From Anthoceros angustus (lineage: Eukaryota; Plantae; Anthocerotophyta): a stretch of DNA of 64,000 nt. Made by a program: the position numbers and the translations under genes. Under the pieces are notes generated by a model. The model was not told where the DNA came from. It did no database searches and worked only from the letters and a program-made list of their open reading frames with translations. Of this stretch, positions 29,625-40,433 are shown in pieces. Numbering within the stretch: the stretch's first letter is position 1; each line of letters opens with the position of its first letter. The stretch covers positions 682,001 to 746,000 of the forward strand of contig MU008174.1 of NCBI GenBank assembly GCA_010909165.1, in the 5' to 3' direction.

Positions 29625-30014
29625 CCAATGTCGATCCCCACACGAACACGACCCATCTATGAAACGTGTACTCGATGTATATCTCGGACTATAATCTCTC
29701 GGTTTTCAAGCCTTGACAAGACCTTGGTACTGTGATACCATCACACATACGAAGGTTCTTCGTCACTAGCAAAGGCGTGCCATCACGTGTGTTGAGGAGC
29801 CCAAACGCCAGGCCAATTTCTCAAGATGGCCACACAATGCATCTTCCTTTTCACTCGGACATTGCCTCCAAAGACCAACTCGGTATGCGGCACATGACCT
29901 CCGCCCTTCAGCCTCTCATTCAAGGTCGAGCTTTGATGATATTTGTGGTCTCTCCTCCCCAACGGTGAACTCGTGGACTTTGTTATTTAGTTCGATGCCC
30001 GGCAGCTTCTTCTT
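29625..30014 (-). pseudogene. Orphan DYW:KP domain copy
   Basis: Near-identical to 37683-38084. Confidence 0.9.
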
Positions 30015-30427
30015 ATTATGCTCTAAAAAAATTAGTTTGACTTCAAAGTCCAAGGACACAAGTAATACACTTTGTTCGCTAAGACATACAAAAAATATCT
30101 ATGATTATAAAAAGTAGTTGTTAAAGACCAAGGATCAAAGTAAAAAACAATTATGATTATAAAGAAGTGGCGGTTAAGACCATGGATCAAAGTAATTGAC
30201 TTATGTTAAAGACCAAGAATCAAAGTAAAAAAATATGTATGATTATAAAAAGTGGTTGTTAAAGACCAAGGATCAAACTAATTAACTTAACTCGCTTAGA
30301 CATACATTAACTTATGATCGAAAAGAAACAAGTGGTCATACATTAACTTAGCGTACCAATACATGGAGGAGTGGGTATACCATATTGATTATGTTTGTTT
30401 ACTTTGAGTTTCACAAGGGCTTATACA

Positions 30428-31034
30428 ATGACGTCAAAGATAGAACTATGTGTTGCATTTTATATGACCTTGTTTTTGGCTTTGTGCAATGGCATGAACA
30501 CCAAGATGACAAATATGTTGCAATTTATATGAACTTTCTTTTTTGGCTTTGTGCAATAGCATGAACACCAAAGTAAAATCACCCTTGATGATGAGATCAC
30601 ATCCATTCAAGGTTTCCATAACATTTCTATCAAAACACCATAGTGGCTATGCGGATATAGATGAGATGAATGGAAGATCTCTCTATTACTATTTTATAGA
30701 GTCTCCGTGGAACATTTCCATCAAAACATAGTGGTGGCTAGGTGGATATAGATGAGATGAATGGAAGATCTCTTTACTATTTTACATATGAAGACAATCC
30801 TCAAGAAGACCCGTTGTTCTTCAGCTTAACGGAGGACTGGATGCTCTAGCTTTGATGGTTGGATATATGCACATGGGCCATTCAACTTTGTACCATCCAA
30901 CCAATATGGAGGGTTGCCAAATTTGGAAATGAGTCCAAATAGCTTATCCAAAGCAACTAATGTCATATAGTTTGATATTGGTGGTAGAGTAGGCTTTCCG
31001 TTTCGAAAACAAAGTTTCATTGCAACACTAGCGA
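30428..31034 (+). pseudogene. SCPL: SCPL-A fragment, unit 9
   Basis: Copy of 745-1352. Confidence 0.85.
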
Positions 31035-31712
31035 AAGATGTCCTTGAAAAATGTAGTAGATAGCCAATCGAAATCCTATTGTTCGAATGTCATTCTTGGA
31101 TATTCAAATGTAATCGCAAAATGTACCTCAAACAAACCTCAAGGCGCATGAATGTCCCACAACTAGGGCAACAATGGTAGTAGTGTTATCTCGGTCCTTT
31201 TAATTTCAAACATCTATCCTAATCAAACTAAAATCCTAATGATTTTCATTTAAAACTAACTATTCTTAATTATGATGCCTTCGCTATTGGGCTAATATTG
31301 GAGCATTATCATCTAGAGTTATTGATTTTCAAACTAAGTCATGTTAACAATAAACTAATGATCTAAAAGAAGCAAGTAGTGGTCAAGACCAAACACTTCA
31401 AAAACAAAAACAAATATTTATTATGATCTAAAAGAAATAAGTGGTCAAGATTGATGATAAAGGACACAAGTAATACCCTTGGCTCACTAACTCATATTAA
31501 AAATCAATCTATAATAACAAAAAATGAGTGGTTACAAAGACCAAGGACCAAAGTAACGAACTTAAATTGCTTATTCATATGAAAAATATTTATCATCATC
31601 GAAAAGAAATAAAGTGGTTATCGAGGACTAAGAGAACTTACTACTATATATGGAGGAGTGGGATGCCATATTTATTATCTTTGTTTACTCGACTTTCTCA
31701 AGGGCTTATACA

Positions 31713-33259
31713 ATGGCGACAAAGATAGGACTAGGCGTTGCATTTTTGATGACCTTGTTTTTGGCTTTGTGCAATGGCATGAACACCAAAGTCAGAGATT
31801 ACATCCATTCCGTGTTTCCATGGAACATTTCCATCGAAAACACTATGGTGGGTATGTGGATATAGATGAGAGGAATGGAAGATCTCTATTATTATTTTTA
31901 GAATCAAGGCAATCCTCAAAAGACCTCGTTGTTCTTTGGCTAAACGGAGGACCTGGATGCTCTAGCTTTGATGGTTGGATATATGCACATGGGCTATTCA
32001 ACTTTGTACCATCCAAGCAACATGGAGGGTTGCCCGATCTGAAATCAATCCAAATAGCTTATCGAAGCTAATGTTATATATTTGACAATCCTCATTGAGT
32101 AGGCTTTTCGTTGAAAACAAATTGATTACAACACTAGCGACACAAAGACCGCCCAAGATACCCATGAGTTTCTCTTAAAGTGGTTCATGCTTTTCCTCAA
32201 TTTCAAGTATGTTTCTCTTTGCAATATATGTCTTTGTTTTTGTTCTTTTACGTGGTATATGAAACTAATAAGCTAATACGGTCTGGTTTATTTATTTGGT
32301 TTTGCAGTCCAACCCTCAGATTTGAGTGGTGAATCTTGGGTGTATATATACCTACTTTGGCAACAGATTGACATTGGGATTAAAAGGAGTGCATCCAAGG
32401 TTGAACTTGAAAGGTTATGTCGTGGGAAATCCTTGGATGATGATGTATTAGATACCAATTCATATATTCCATGTCTTTATGGCATGGCTTTGATGTCACC
32501 TCAACAATATGAAGTACCAAGACAGATCAGAATAATGCTTATTTACCGCCATACACTCAAGTGTTTTGCAACATTAACGCAGATTGATGATAGCACTACG
32601 ATATTAATGAGTATAATATCTTACAGCCTTGTTTCCATGATCCCGGTCTTTCGACATCGATGCATAACCAACCAAGAAGAATTTGAAAGTGGCCTTCCAA
32701 ATAAAGTAGTGAAGGCTTCTCGCAACATACAATTTGGCCGGGCAGACGCTTGGGATTGAAGGATGCTCTTATTCCAAAGCTAGAAGCGGGTCCTATTAAT
32801 GCTAAACAGAGTCATCGGGTGATGGTCCCGTGTTTTGACGATAGTCTTGCGACAAAGTGGTTGAACAATGACGCATGGCGTTATTCATGCACAACCCACT
32901 CTATTGGTCAACCATGGGTTTTATGCACGATATCTTAACTTACAACCATGATGCAGAAGTATGATACCCTTTCACAAAGAATTGACCAAACCTTAGGTTA
33001 CAGTGGCTTTACTATTTAGTGGTGACCATGATTGTAATGTGCCTTACATAGGTACAAGAACATGGATCAAGGATCGGACTATAAGACCATCAAAGCTTGG
33101 CGCCGTGGTATGCCAATCAACAAGTGGCTGGCTTTGTAGTAGCATATGATCCTCGACCTATCTTTTGCAAGTTAAAGGTGCTGGACACGAGTAGCACAAT
33201 GGAAACTCATGGAGTTCTTGGCTATGATTCAACGCTGGTTACAAACAAAGGAGCTTTGA
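31713..33259 (+). pseudogene. SCPL: SCPL-B, unit 9
   Basis: ORF 31658-32071 has [16 protein letters not shown]. Confidence 0.88.
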
Positions 33260-33641
33260 ATATAGATTAGAGGTCCAAGGTAGCAAGCATGATATCACTT
33301 CTATTCGGATAGTTGCTCTACCTAGTAGAAAGTTGAGAAACTGTTCCTATTTGTCTGCTCATTCTCCAAAGCAATTGGAACTAATAACAATCAGCAAGAG
33401 TAATCCAACAAAGATGTCTTCCATTTGTGATACCGATGATTTGTCTTTGGCACAAAATTAAACATGAATTGTACGATACCTAGTACAAAGTTGAGAAATT
33501 GTTCCTATTTGTCTGCTGCTCATTCTCCCTAGCAGCTTGGAACTAATCACAATCAGTAGTAATCCAAGAGCATGTCTTTTATTTGTGACCGATGATTTCT
33601 CTTTGGCACAAAATTAAACATGAATTGTGCGATTGTTGTCG

Positions 33642-34039
33642 CCAATGTCGATCCCCACACGAACACGACCCATCTATGAAACGGTGTACTCGATGTATAT
33701 CTCGGACTATAATCTCTCGGTTTTCAAGCCTTGACAAGACCTTGGTACCGCTGTGACATCATCACACATACGAAGGTTCTTCGTCACTAGCAAAGGCGTG
33801 CCATCACGTGTGTTGAGGAGCCCAAACGCCACAATTTCTCAAGATGGCCACACAATGCATCTTCCTTTTCACTCGGACATTGCCTCCAAAGACCAACTCG
33901 GTATGCGGCACATGACCTCCGCCCTTGACCTCTCATTCAAGGTACCGAGCTTTGATGATATTTGTGGTCTCTCCTCCCCAACGGTGAACTCGTGGACTTT
34001 GTTATTTAGTTCGATGCAGGCCCTGGCAGGCTTCTTCTT
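33642..34039 (-). pseudogene. Orphan DYW:KP domain copy nearest the parent gene
   Basis: Near-identical to 37683-38084; retains [10 protein letters not shown]. Confidence 0.9.
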
Positions 34040-34465
34040 ATTATGCTCTAAAAAATTAGTTTGACTTCAAAGTCCAAGGACACAAGTAATACACTTTGTT
34101 CGCTAAGACATACAAAAAATATCTATGATTATAAAAAGTAGTTGTTAAAGACCAAGGATCAAAGTAAAAAACAATTATGATTATAAAGAAGTGGCGGTTA
34201 AGACCATGGATCAAAGTAATTGACTTAGCTCGCTTAGACATATGTTAAAGACCAAGAATCAAAGTAAAAATATGTATGATTATAAAAAGTGGTTGTTAAA
34301 GACCAAGGATCAAACTAATTAACTTAACTCGCTTAGACATACATTAACTTATGATCGAAAAGAAACAAGTGGTCATACATTAACTTAGCAGTACCAATAC
34401 ATAGAGGAGTGGGTATACCATATTGATTATGTTTGTTTACTTTGAGTTTCACAAGGGCTTATACA

Positions 34466-35075
34466 ATGACGTCAAAGATAGAACTATGTGTTGCATTTTA
34501 TATGACCTTGTTTTTTGGCTTTGTGCAATGGCATGAACACCAAGATGACAAATATGTTGCAATTTATATGAACTTTCTTTTTTGGCTTTGTGCAATAGCA
34601 TGAACACCAAAGTAAAATCACCCTTGGATGATGAGATCACATCCATTCAAGGTTTCCATGGAACATTTCTATCAAAACACCATAGTGGCTATGCGGATAT
34701 AGATGAGATGAATGGAAGATCTCTCTATTACTATTTTATAGAGTCTCCGTGGAACATTTCCATCAAAACATAGTGGTGGCTAGGTGGATATAGATGAGAT
34801 GAATGGAAGATCTCTCTTTACTATTTTACAGTATGAAGACAATCCTCAAGAAGACCTGTTGTTCTTCAGCTTAACGGAGGACGGATGCTCTAGCTTTGAT
34901 GGTTGGATATATGCACATGGGCCATTCAACTTTGTACCATCCAACCAATATGGAGGGTTGCCAAATTTGGAAATGAGTCCAAATAGCTTATCCAAAGCTA
35001 ATGTCATATAGTTTGATATTGGTGGTAGAGTAGGCTTTCCGTTTCGAAAACAAAGTTTCATTGCAACACTAGCGA
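34466..35075 (+). pseudogene. SCPL: SCPL-A fragment, unit 10
   Basis: Copy of 745-1352. Confidence 0.85.
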
Positions 35076-35753
35076 AGATGTCCTTGAAAAATGTAGTAGA
35101 TAGCCAATCGAAATCCTATTGTTCGAATGTCATTCTTGGATATTCAAAGCAGGCGCAAAATGTACCTCAAACAAACCTCAAGGCGCATGAATGTCCCACA
35201 ACTAGGGCAACAATGGTAGTAGTGTTATCTCGGTCCTTTTAATTTCAAACATCTATCCTAATCAAACTAAAATCCTAATGATTTTCATTTAAAACTAACT
35301 ATTCTTAATTATGATGCCTTTCGCTATTGGGCTAATATTGGAGCATTATCATCTAGAGTTATTGATTTCAAACTAAGTCATGTTAACAATAAACTAATGA
35401 TCTAAAAGAAGCAAGTAGTGGTCAAGACCAAACACTTCAAAAACAAAAACAAATATTTATTATGATCTAAAAGAAATAAGTGGTCAAGATTGATGATAAA
35501 GGACACAAGTAATACCCTTGGCTCACTAACTCATATTAAAAATCAATCTATAATAACAAAAAATGAGTGGTTACCAAAGACCAAGGACCAAAGTAACGAA
35601 CTTAAATTGCTTATTCATATGAAAAATATTTATCATTATCGAAAAGAAATAAAGTGGTTATCGAGGACTAAGAGAACTTACTACTATATATGGAGGAGTG
35701 GGGATGCCATATTTATTATCTTTGTTTACTCGACTTTCTCAAGGGCTTATACA

Positions 35754-37297
35754 ATGGCGACAAAGATAGGACTAGGCGTTGCATTTTTGATGACCTTGTT
35801 TTTGGCTTTGTGCAATGGCATGAACACCAAAGTCGAGATTACATCCATTCCGTTTCCATGGAACATTTCCATCGAAACACTATGGTGGGTATGTGGATAT
35901 AGATGAGAGGAATGGAAGATCTCTATTATTATTTTTAGAATCAAGGCAATCCTCAAAAGACCTGTTGTTCTTGGCTAAACGGAGGACCGGATGCTCTAGC
36001 TTTGATGGTTGGATATATGCACATGGGCTATTCAACTTTGTACCATCCAAGCAACATGGAGGGTTGCCCGATCCGGAAATCAATCCAAATAGCTTATCGA
36101 AAGCGCTAATGTTATATATTTGGACAGTCCTGCGGAGTAGGCTTTTCGTTTCGAAAACAAATTGATTACAACACTAGCGACACAAAGACCGCCCAAGATA
36201 CCCATGAGTTTCTCTTAAAGTGGTTCATGCTTTTTCCTCAATTTCAAGTATGTTTCTCTCTTGCAATATATGTCTTTGTTTTTGTTCTTTACGGTATATG
36301 AAACTAATAAGCTAATACGGTCTGGTTTATTTATTTGGTTTTGGTCCAACCCTCTCAGATTTGAGTGGTGAATCTTGGGCGGTGTATATATACCTACTTT
36401 GGCAACACAGATTGACATTGGGATTAAAAGGAGTGCATCCAGTCTTGAACTTGAAAGGTTATGTCGTGGGAAATCCTTGGACAGATGATGTATTAGATAC
36501 CAATTCATATATTCCATGTCTTTTATGGCATGGCTTTGATGTCACCTCAACAATATGAAGCGCCAAGATGCAGATGCTTATTTACCGCCATACACTCAAG
36601 TGTTTTGCAACATTAACGCAGATTGATGATAGCACTACGATATTAATGAGTATAATATCTTACAGCCTTGTTTCCATGATCCCGGTACTCGGACATCGAT
36701 GCATAACCAACCAAGAAGAATTTCGTAAAGTGGCCTTCCAAATAAAGTAGTGAAGGCTTCTCGCAACATACAATTTGGCGGCAGACGCTTTGGGATTGAA
36801 GGATGCTCTTATTCCAAAGCTAGAAGCGGGTCCTATTAATGCTAAGAGTCATCGGGTGATGGTCCCGTGTTTTGACGATAGTCTTGCGACAAAGTGGTTG
36901 AACAATGACGCAGTCAAGTGCTATTCATGCACAACCCACTCTATTGGTCAACCATGGGTTTTATGCACAGATATCTTAACTTACAACCATGATGCAGAAG
37001 TATGATACCCTTTCACAAAGAATTGACCGAAACCTTAGGTTACTGAGGGCTTTACTATTTAGTGGTGACCATGATTGTAATGTGCCTTACATAGGTACAA
37101 GAACATGGATCAAGGATCGGACTATAAGACCATCAAAGCTTGGCGCCGTGGTATGCCAATCAACAAGTGGTCGGCTTTGTAGTAGCATATGATCGACCTA
37201 TCTTTTGCAGCTTAAAGGTGCTGGACACAGTAGCACAATGGAAACTGCGGAGTTCTTGGCTATGATTCAACGCTGGTTACAAACAAAGGAGCTTTGA
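35754..37297 (+). pseudogene. SCPL: SCPL-B, unit 10, tail-to-tail with the PPR gene; possibly intact apart from sequencing indels
   Basis: ATG 35754 (MATKIGLGVAFLMTLFLALC); intron ~36248-36344; S10 triad motifs GESWA(G), SGDHD, KGAGHTV; TGA at 37295-37297. Confidence 0.9.
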
Positions 37298-37300
37298 ATA

Positions 37301-37680
37301 TAGATTAGAGGTCCAAGGTAGCAAGCATGATATCACTTCTATTCGGATAGTTGCTCTACCTAGTAGAAAGTTGAGAAACTGCTCCTATTTGTCCGCTGCT
37401 CATTCTCCAAAGCAATTGGAACTAATAACAATCAGCGTAGCAATCCAACAGCATGTCTTCCATTTGTGATACCGATGATTTGTCTTTGGCACAAAATTAA
37501 ACATGAATTGTACGATACCTAGTACAAAGTTGAGAAATTGTTCCTATTTGTCTGCTGCTCATTCTCCCTAGCAGTTGGAACTAATCACAATCAGCAGTAG
37601 CAATCCAAGAGCATGTCTTTTATTTGTGACCGATGATTTCTCTTTGGCACAAAATTAAACATGAATTGTGCGATTGTTGT
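37301..37680. repeat. ~158-bp direct duplication between SCPL-B and the DYW stop (2 copies per unit, 3 in unit 6)
   Basis: tacctagta(g/c)aaagttgagaa recurs ~158 bp apart in each unit (e.g. ~3623 and 3781); three times around 21116, 21267, 21420. Confidence 0.85.
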
Positions 37681-37682
37681 CG

Positions 37683-40028
37683 TCAATGTCGATCCCCACG
37701 AACACGACCCATCTATGAAACGGTGTACTCGATGTATATCTCGGACTATAATCTCTCGGTTTTCAAGCCTTGACAAGACCTTGGTACCGCTGTGACAGTC
37801 ATCACACATACGAGGTTCTTCGTCACTAGCAAAGGCGTGCCATCACGTGTGTTGAGGAGCCCAAACGCCAGGGCCAATTTCTCAGCATGGCCACACAATG
37901 CATCTTCCTTTTCTCTCTCAGACATTGCCTCCAGCACCAACTCGGTATGCGGCACATGACCTCCGTCCTTCAGCCTCTCATTCAAGGTACTGAGCTTTGA
38001 TGATATTTGTGGTCTCTCCTCCCCAACGGTGAACTCGTGGACTTTGTTATTTAGTTCGATGCAGGCCCTGGCAGGCTTCTTCTTGGCACCTGCAGTCCTT
38101 CTCAAGCCCTCTATTCTGTCCACATCCCCCCACCTGCCGGCACTTGCATACATGTGTGCCAACAGCACATACGCCAGAGAATATTGAGGTTGCAGCTCAA
38201 TAAGGTTATCGAAACACCTCCTGCCACGATCTATGTCACCATGGTTTTTGCACGCACTTAGCAATGAGGTCCACCCAACAACGTCACTTTCAAATGGCAT
38301 AGTCCGCAGCATATGTTCTGCCTCATCAAGGTGGCCAGACCGCCCAAGAAGATCAACCATGCAATTATAATGCTCCAGGGTTGGCTTCAGGCCATGGTCC
38401 CCCATCATTCTGAAGTACTGCTTGCCTTCAGTCACCAGGCCCCTGTGACTGCATGCTACGAGGAGGCAGGCGAAAGTAGCATCATCAGGCCTGACACCAT
38501 GCTTCTGCATCTCTTGAAAGCATTGGAACGCCATTCGACTGTCACTATCTTCAGCATAGGCATTCAGCAGTGCAGTCCAGGTCACCACGTCTCTGGTATG
38601 CAATCTGTCGAAGACCCTGCGGGCATCCTCTATGCTCGCACATTTCCCATACATGTCCACCAGACAGTTGCCGACAACGACATCAGCTTCCAAACCCCGT
38701 TGCTGAATCTGTGCATGGAGCTGCTTTCCCTGATGCAGAGCTCCAACGGTCCCACATGCTTGCAGGAGGGCCACAAATGTGACCTGATTTGCAGGAGTGA
38801 TGCCCTCCCGCTGCATATCCGCAAAAAGAGAAAGGGCTTCTACGCCGAGCTCGTTTTGCGCATATCCTGAAATCATGGCAGTCCATGTCACCACATCTCT
38901 GCTGGGCAATGTGTCAAAAACCCTACGTGCATCCTCCAAGCTCCCACACTTTGCATACATGTCCACCAGACAGTTGCCCACAAACATATCAGGCTCCACT
39001 GCACTCGCCAAAATATCACCATGCACCTCTGCGCCAGCAGCCAAATCTGCTGCAGCGGCACACGCCTTTAGGACAGCCACAAACACATAATTGTCTGGCT
39101 CCGCAGCAGACTCACGCATCTGCCGATACAACTTGACAGCCTGCGAAGCTTGTCCGTGCTCAGCATGAGCCTTGATTATAGAAGCCCACATAAAGGTGTT
39201 AGGACAAGCCACCTTGCTGAACACCTCCTTTGCTTCAGCCAGCTTCCCATGAGAAGCATACATACAAATAATGTGGTTACCCAGAAACGAGTCTGACCCA
39301 TGCCCACCTCTCAAACTAAGAGCATGAACTCGCCTGCCAAGCACCAAATTCCTCTGAGCAATGCACCTCTTAAGCACACGGTAGAAGAGGGAGACCTCCA
39401 CAGCCCGACCTTCTTGCACAAGTAGGTCCAACGCATCCACAGCCCCCCCGAGATGCCCCTCCTCAAACAGCTTATCCCACTTCTCAACCTCAAAGCTCTC
39501 TCGATACATGCCAGAGGCACTGCCCGAAGTTGTAGTCCCTTCAGACCCATCCGCTGCTTGAGAGTCCCACAGAGCAAGCTTGGAGTCCACCCAAGCAGGC
39601 TTGTTTCTGTTGTCCATGTACAGAGCTTCCTTGGACCTCTTGTGCCTGAAGTCAGGATGACGGGTGCTCCTCTTCGCCTGCCGGTTGTCCCACCACTGCG
39701 TGGGGTCTAAGAAAAAGTCCTGCCACAGCACCTCCTGTCTATCTTTGTGAGTAATTCTTTCGGCCGTGGAGCTCCCTCCAGCCCGCACATCAAACCCGAC
39801 ATTTCCCGGCAAGTGTGGGCTGGATACAGGACAGCGGATGCAAGCAAGCGAGGAATTCGATAACAAACCATCGAACCCTGCGTGCTGAATCCTGCTGTTC
39901 CCCAAGTCGGCAAGCGAAAAATTTGAGCCGGCACGCATCTTTTCAGCAGCTTCAGCGATGCACAGATAACATCCCGCTCCTGCACCTGCAGCAGCAGCAG
40001 CGTGGTTCGCGGGCGAATCGTTTGACAC
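37683..40028 (-). CDS. Intronless PLS-class PPR protein with E and DYW:KP domains and an N-terminal PDF motif; candidate organellar RNA editing factor
   Basis: 760-aa ORF 37746-40028 with P-L-S repeats ([37 protein letters not shown]), E domain ([23 protein letters not shown]), KKKPA, HAEKLA (37881-37889); CxxC (MCDDC) and C-terminus lie in the next frame (ORF 37591-37809). The ORF start is GTG; first ATG at 39938. Confidence 0.95.
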
Positions 40029-40303
40029 GTCTATCTCGAACCCAGAATCCGCTATTATCCAGTTAAAGTGGAATTGTGGCTACGATTCGTTAATCCCGGT
40101 GGTGGCAGGATTCCTTGAGGACAAGGCAGCGCATAGTGTGCGTCCCGCAGTCATGCATTGGCGATGGCGAAGCTATTTCTTGCAGGAAGCCCTAGCTTGG
40201 GAGAAGCCATGGCTTTGGAGCTTTCTTCAGGCGGCCCCAGGCTGGCTACGGGGAGAGCATGGCTTAGGAAGCCTCTGCTTGGCGCAGCCCTAGCTATGGG
40301 GAA

Positions 40304-40433
40304 GGGGAGGCAGCGTAGCTGCGAGAAACCATGGCCATGGAGAAGGGGAAGCAGCGTAGCCGGAAGAAGCCATGGCTATGGCGCAGGGGAAGCAGCGTAG
40401 CTGGGAGAAGCCATTAGCTGGGAGAAGCCATGG
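40304..40433. repeat. ~41-bp tandem repeat (x3) upstream of the PPR gene
   Basis: gggga(a/g)gcagcgtagc...agaa(g/a)ccat at 40304, 40345, 40386. Confidence 0.8.

Larger units (their letters stand above)
1..38084. repeat. Tandem array of ~4.0-kb units (DYW:KP tail + SCPL-A fragment + SCPL-B); continues beyond left edge
   Basis: Landmark (g/t)gactataatctct recurs at 1, 4007, 8035, ~9530, 13505, 17486, 21639, 25666, 29686, 33704, 37743; identical short ORFs recur in the ORF track; homology to the single-copy PPR gene stops at 38084. Confidence 0.97.

Noticed and set aside
84-37809. Numerous 60-140-aa ORFs in the array (e.g. MSKRAKSITL..., MMIKDTSNTL...) as independent genes
   Set aside because: They are off-frame, antisense or spacer translations of the repeated unit; recurrence reflects DNA identity, not protein conservation.
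38313-40066. Overlapping plus-strand and alternative-frame ORFs over the PPR gene
   Set aside because: Shadow ORFs of a GC-rich coding sequence with no recognisable domains.
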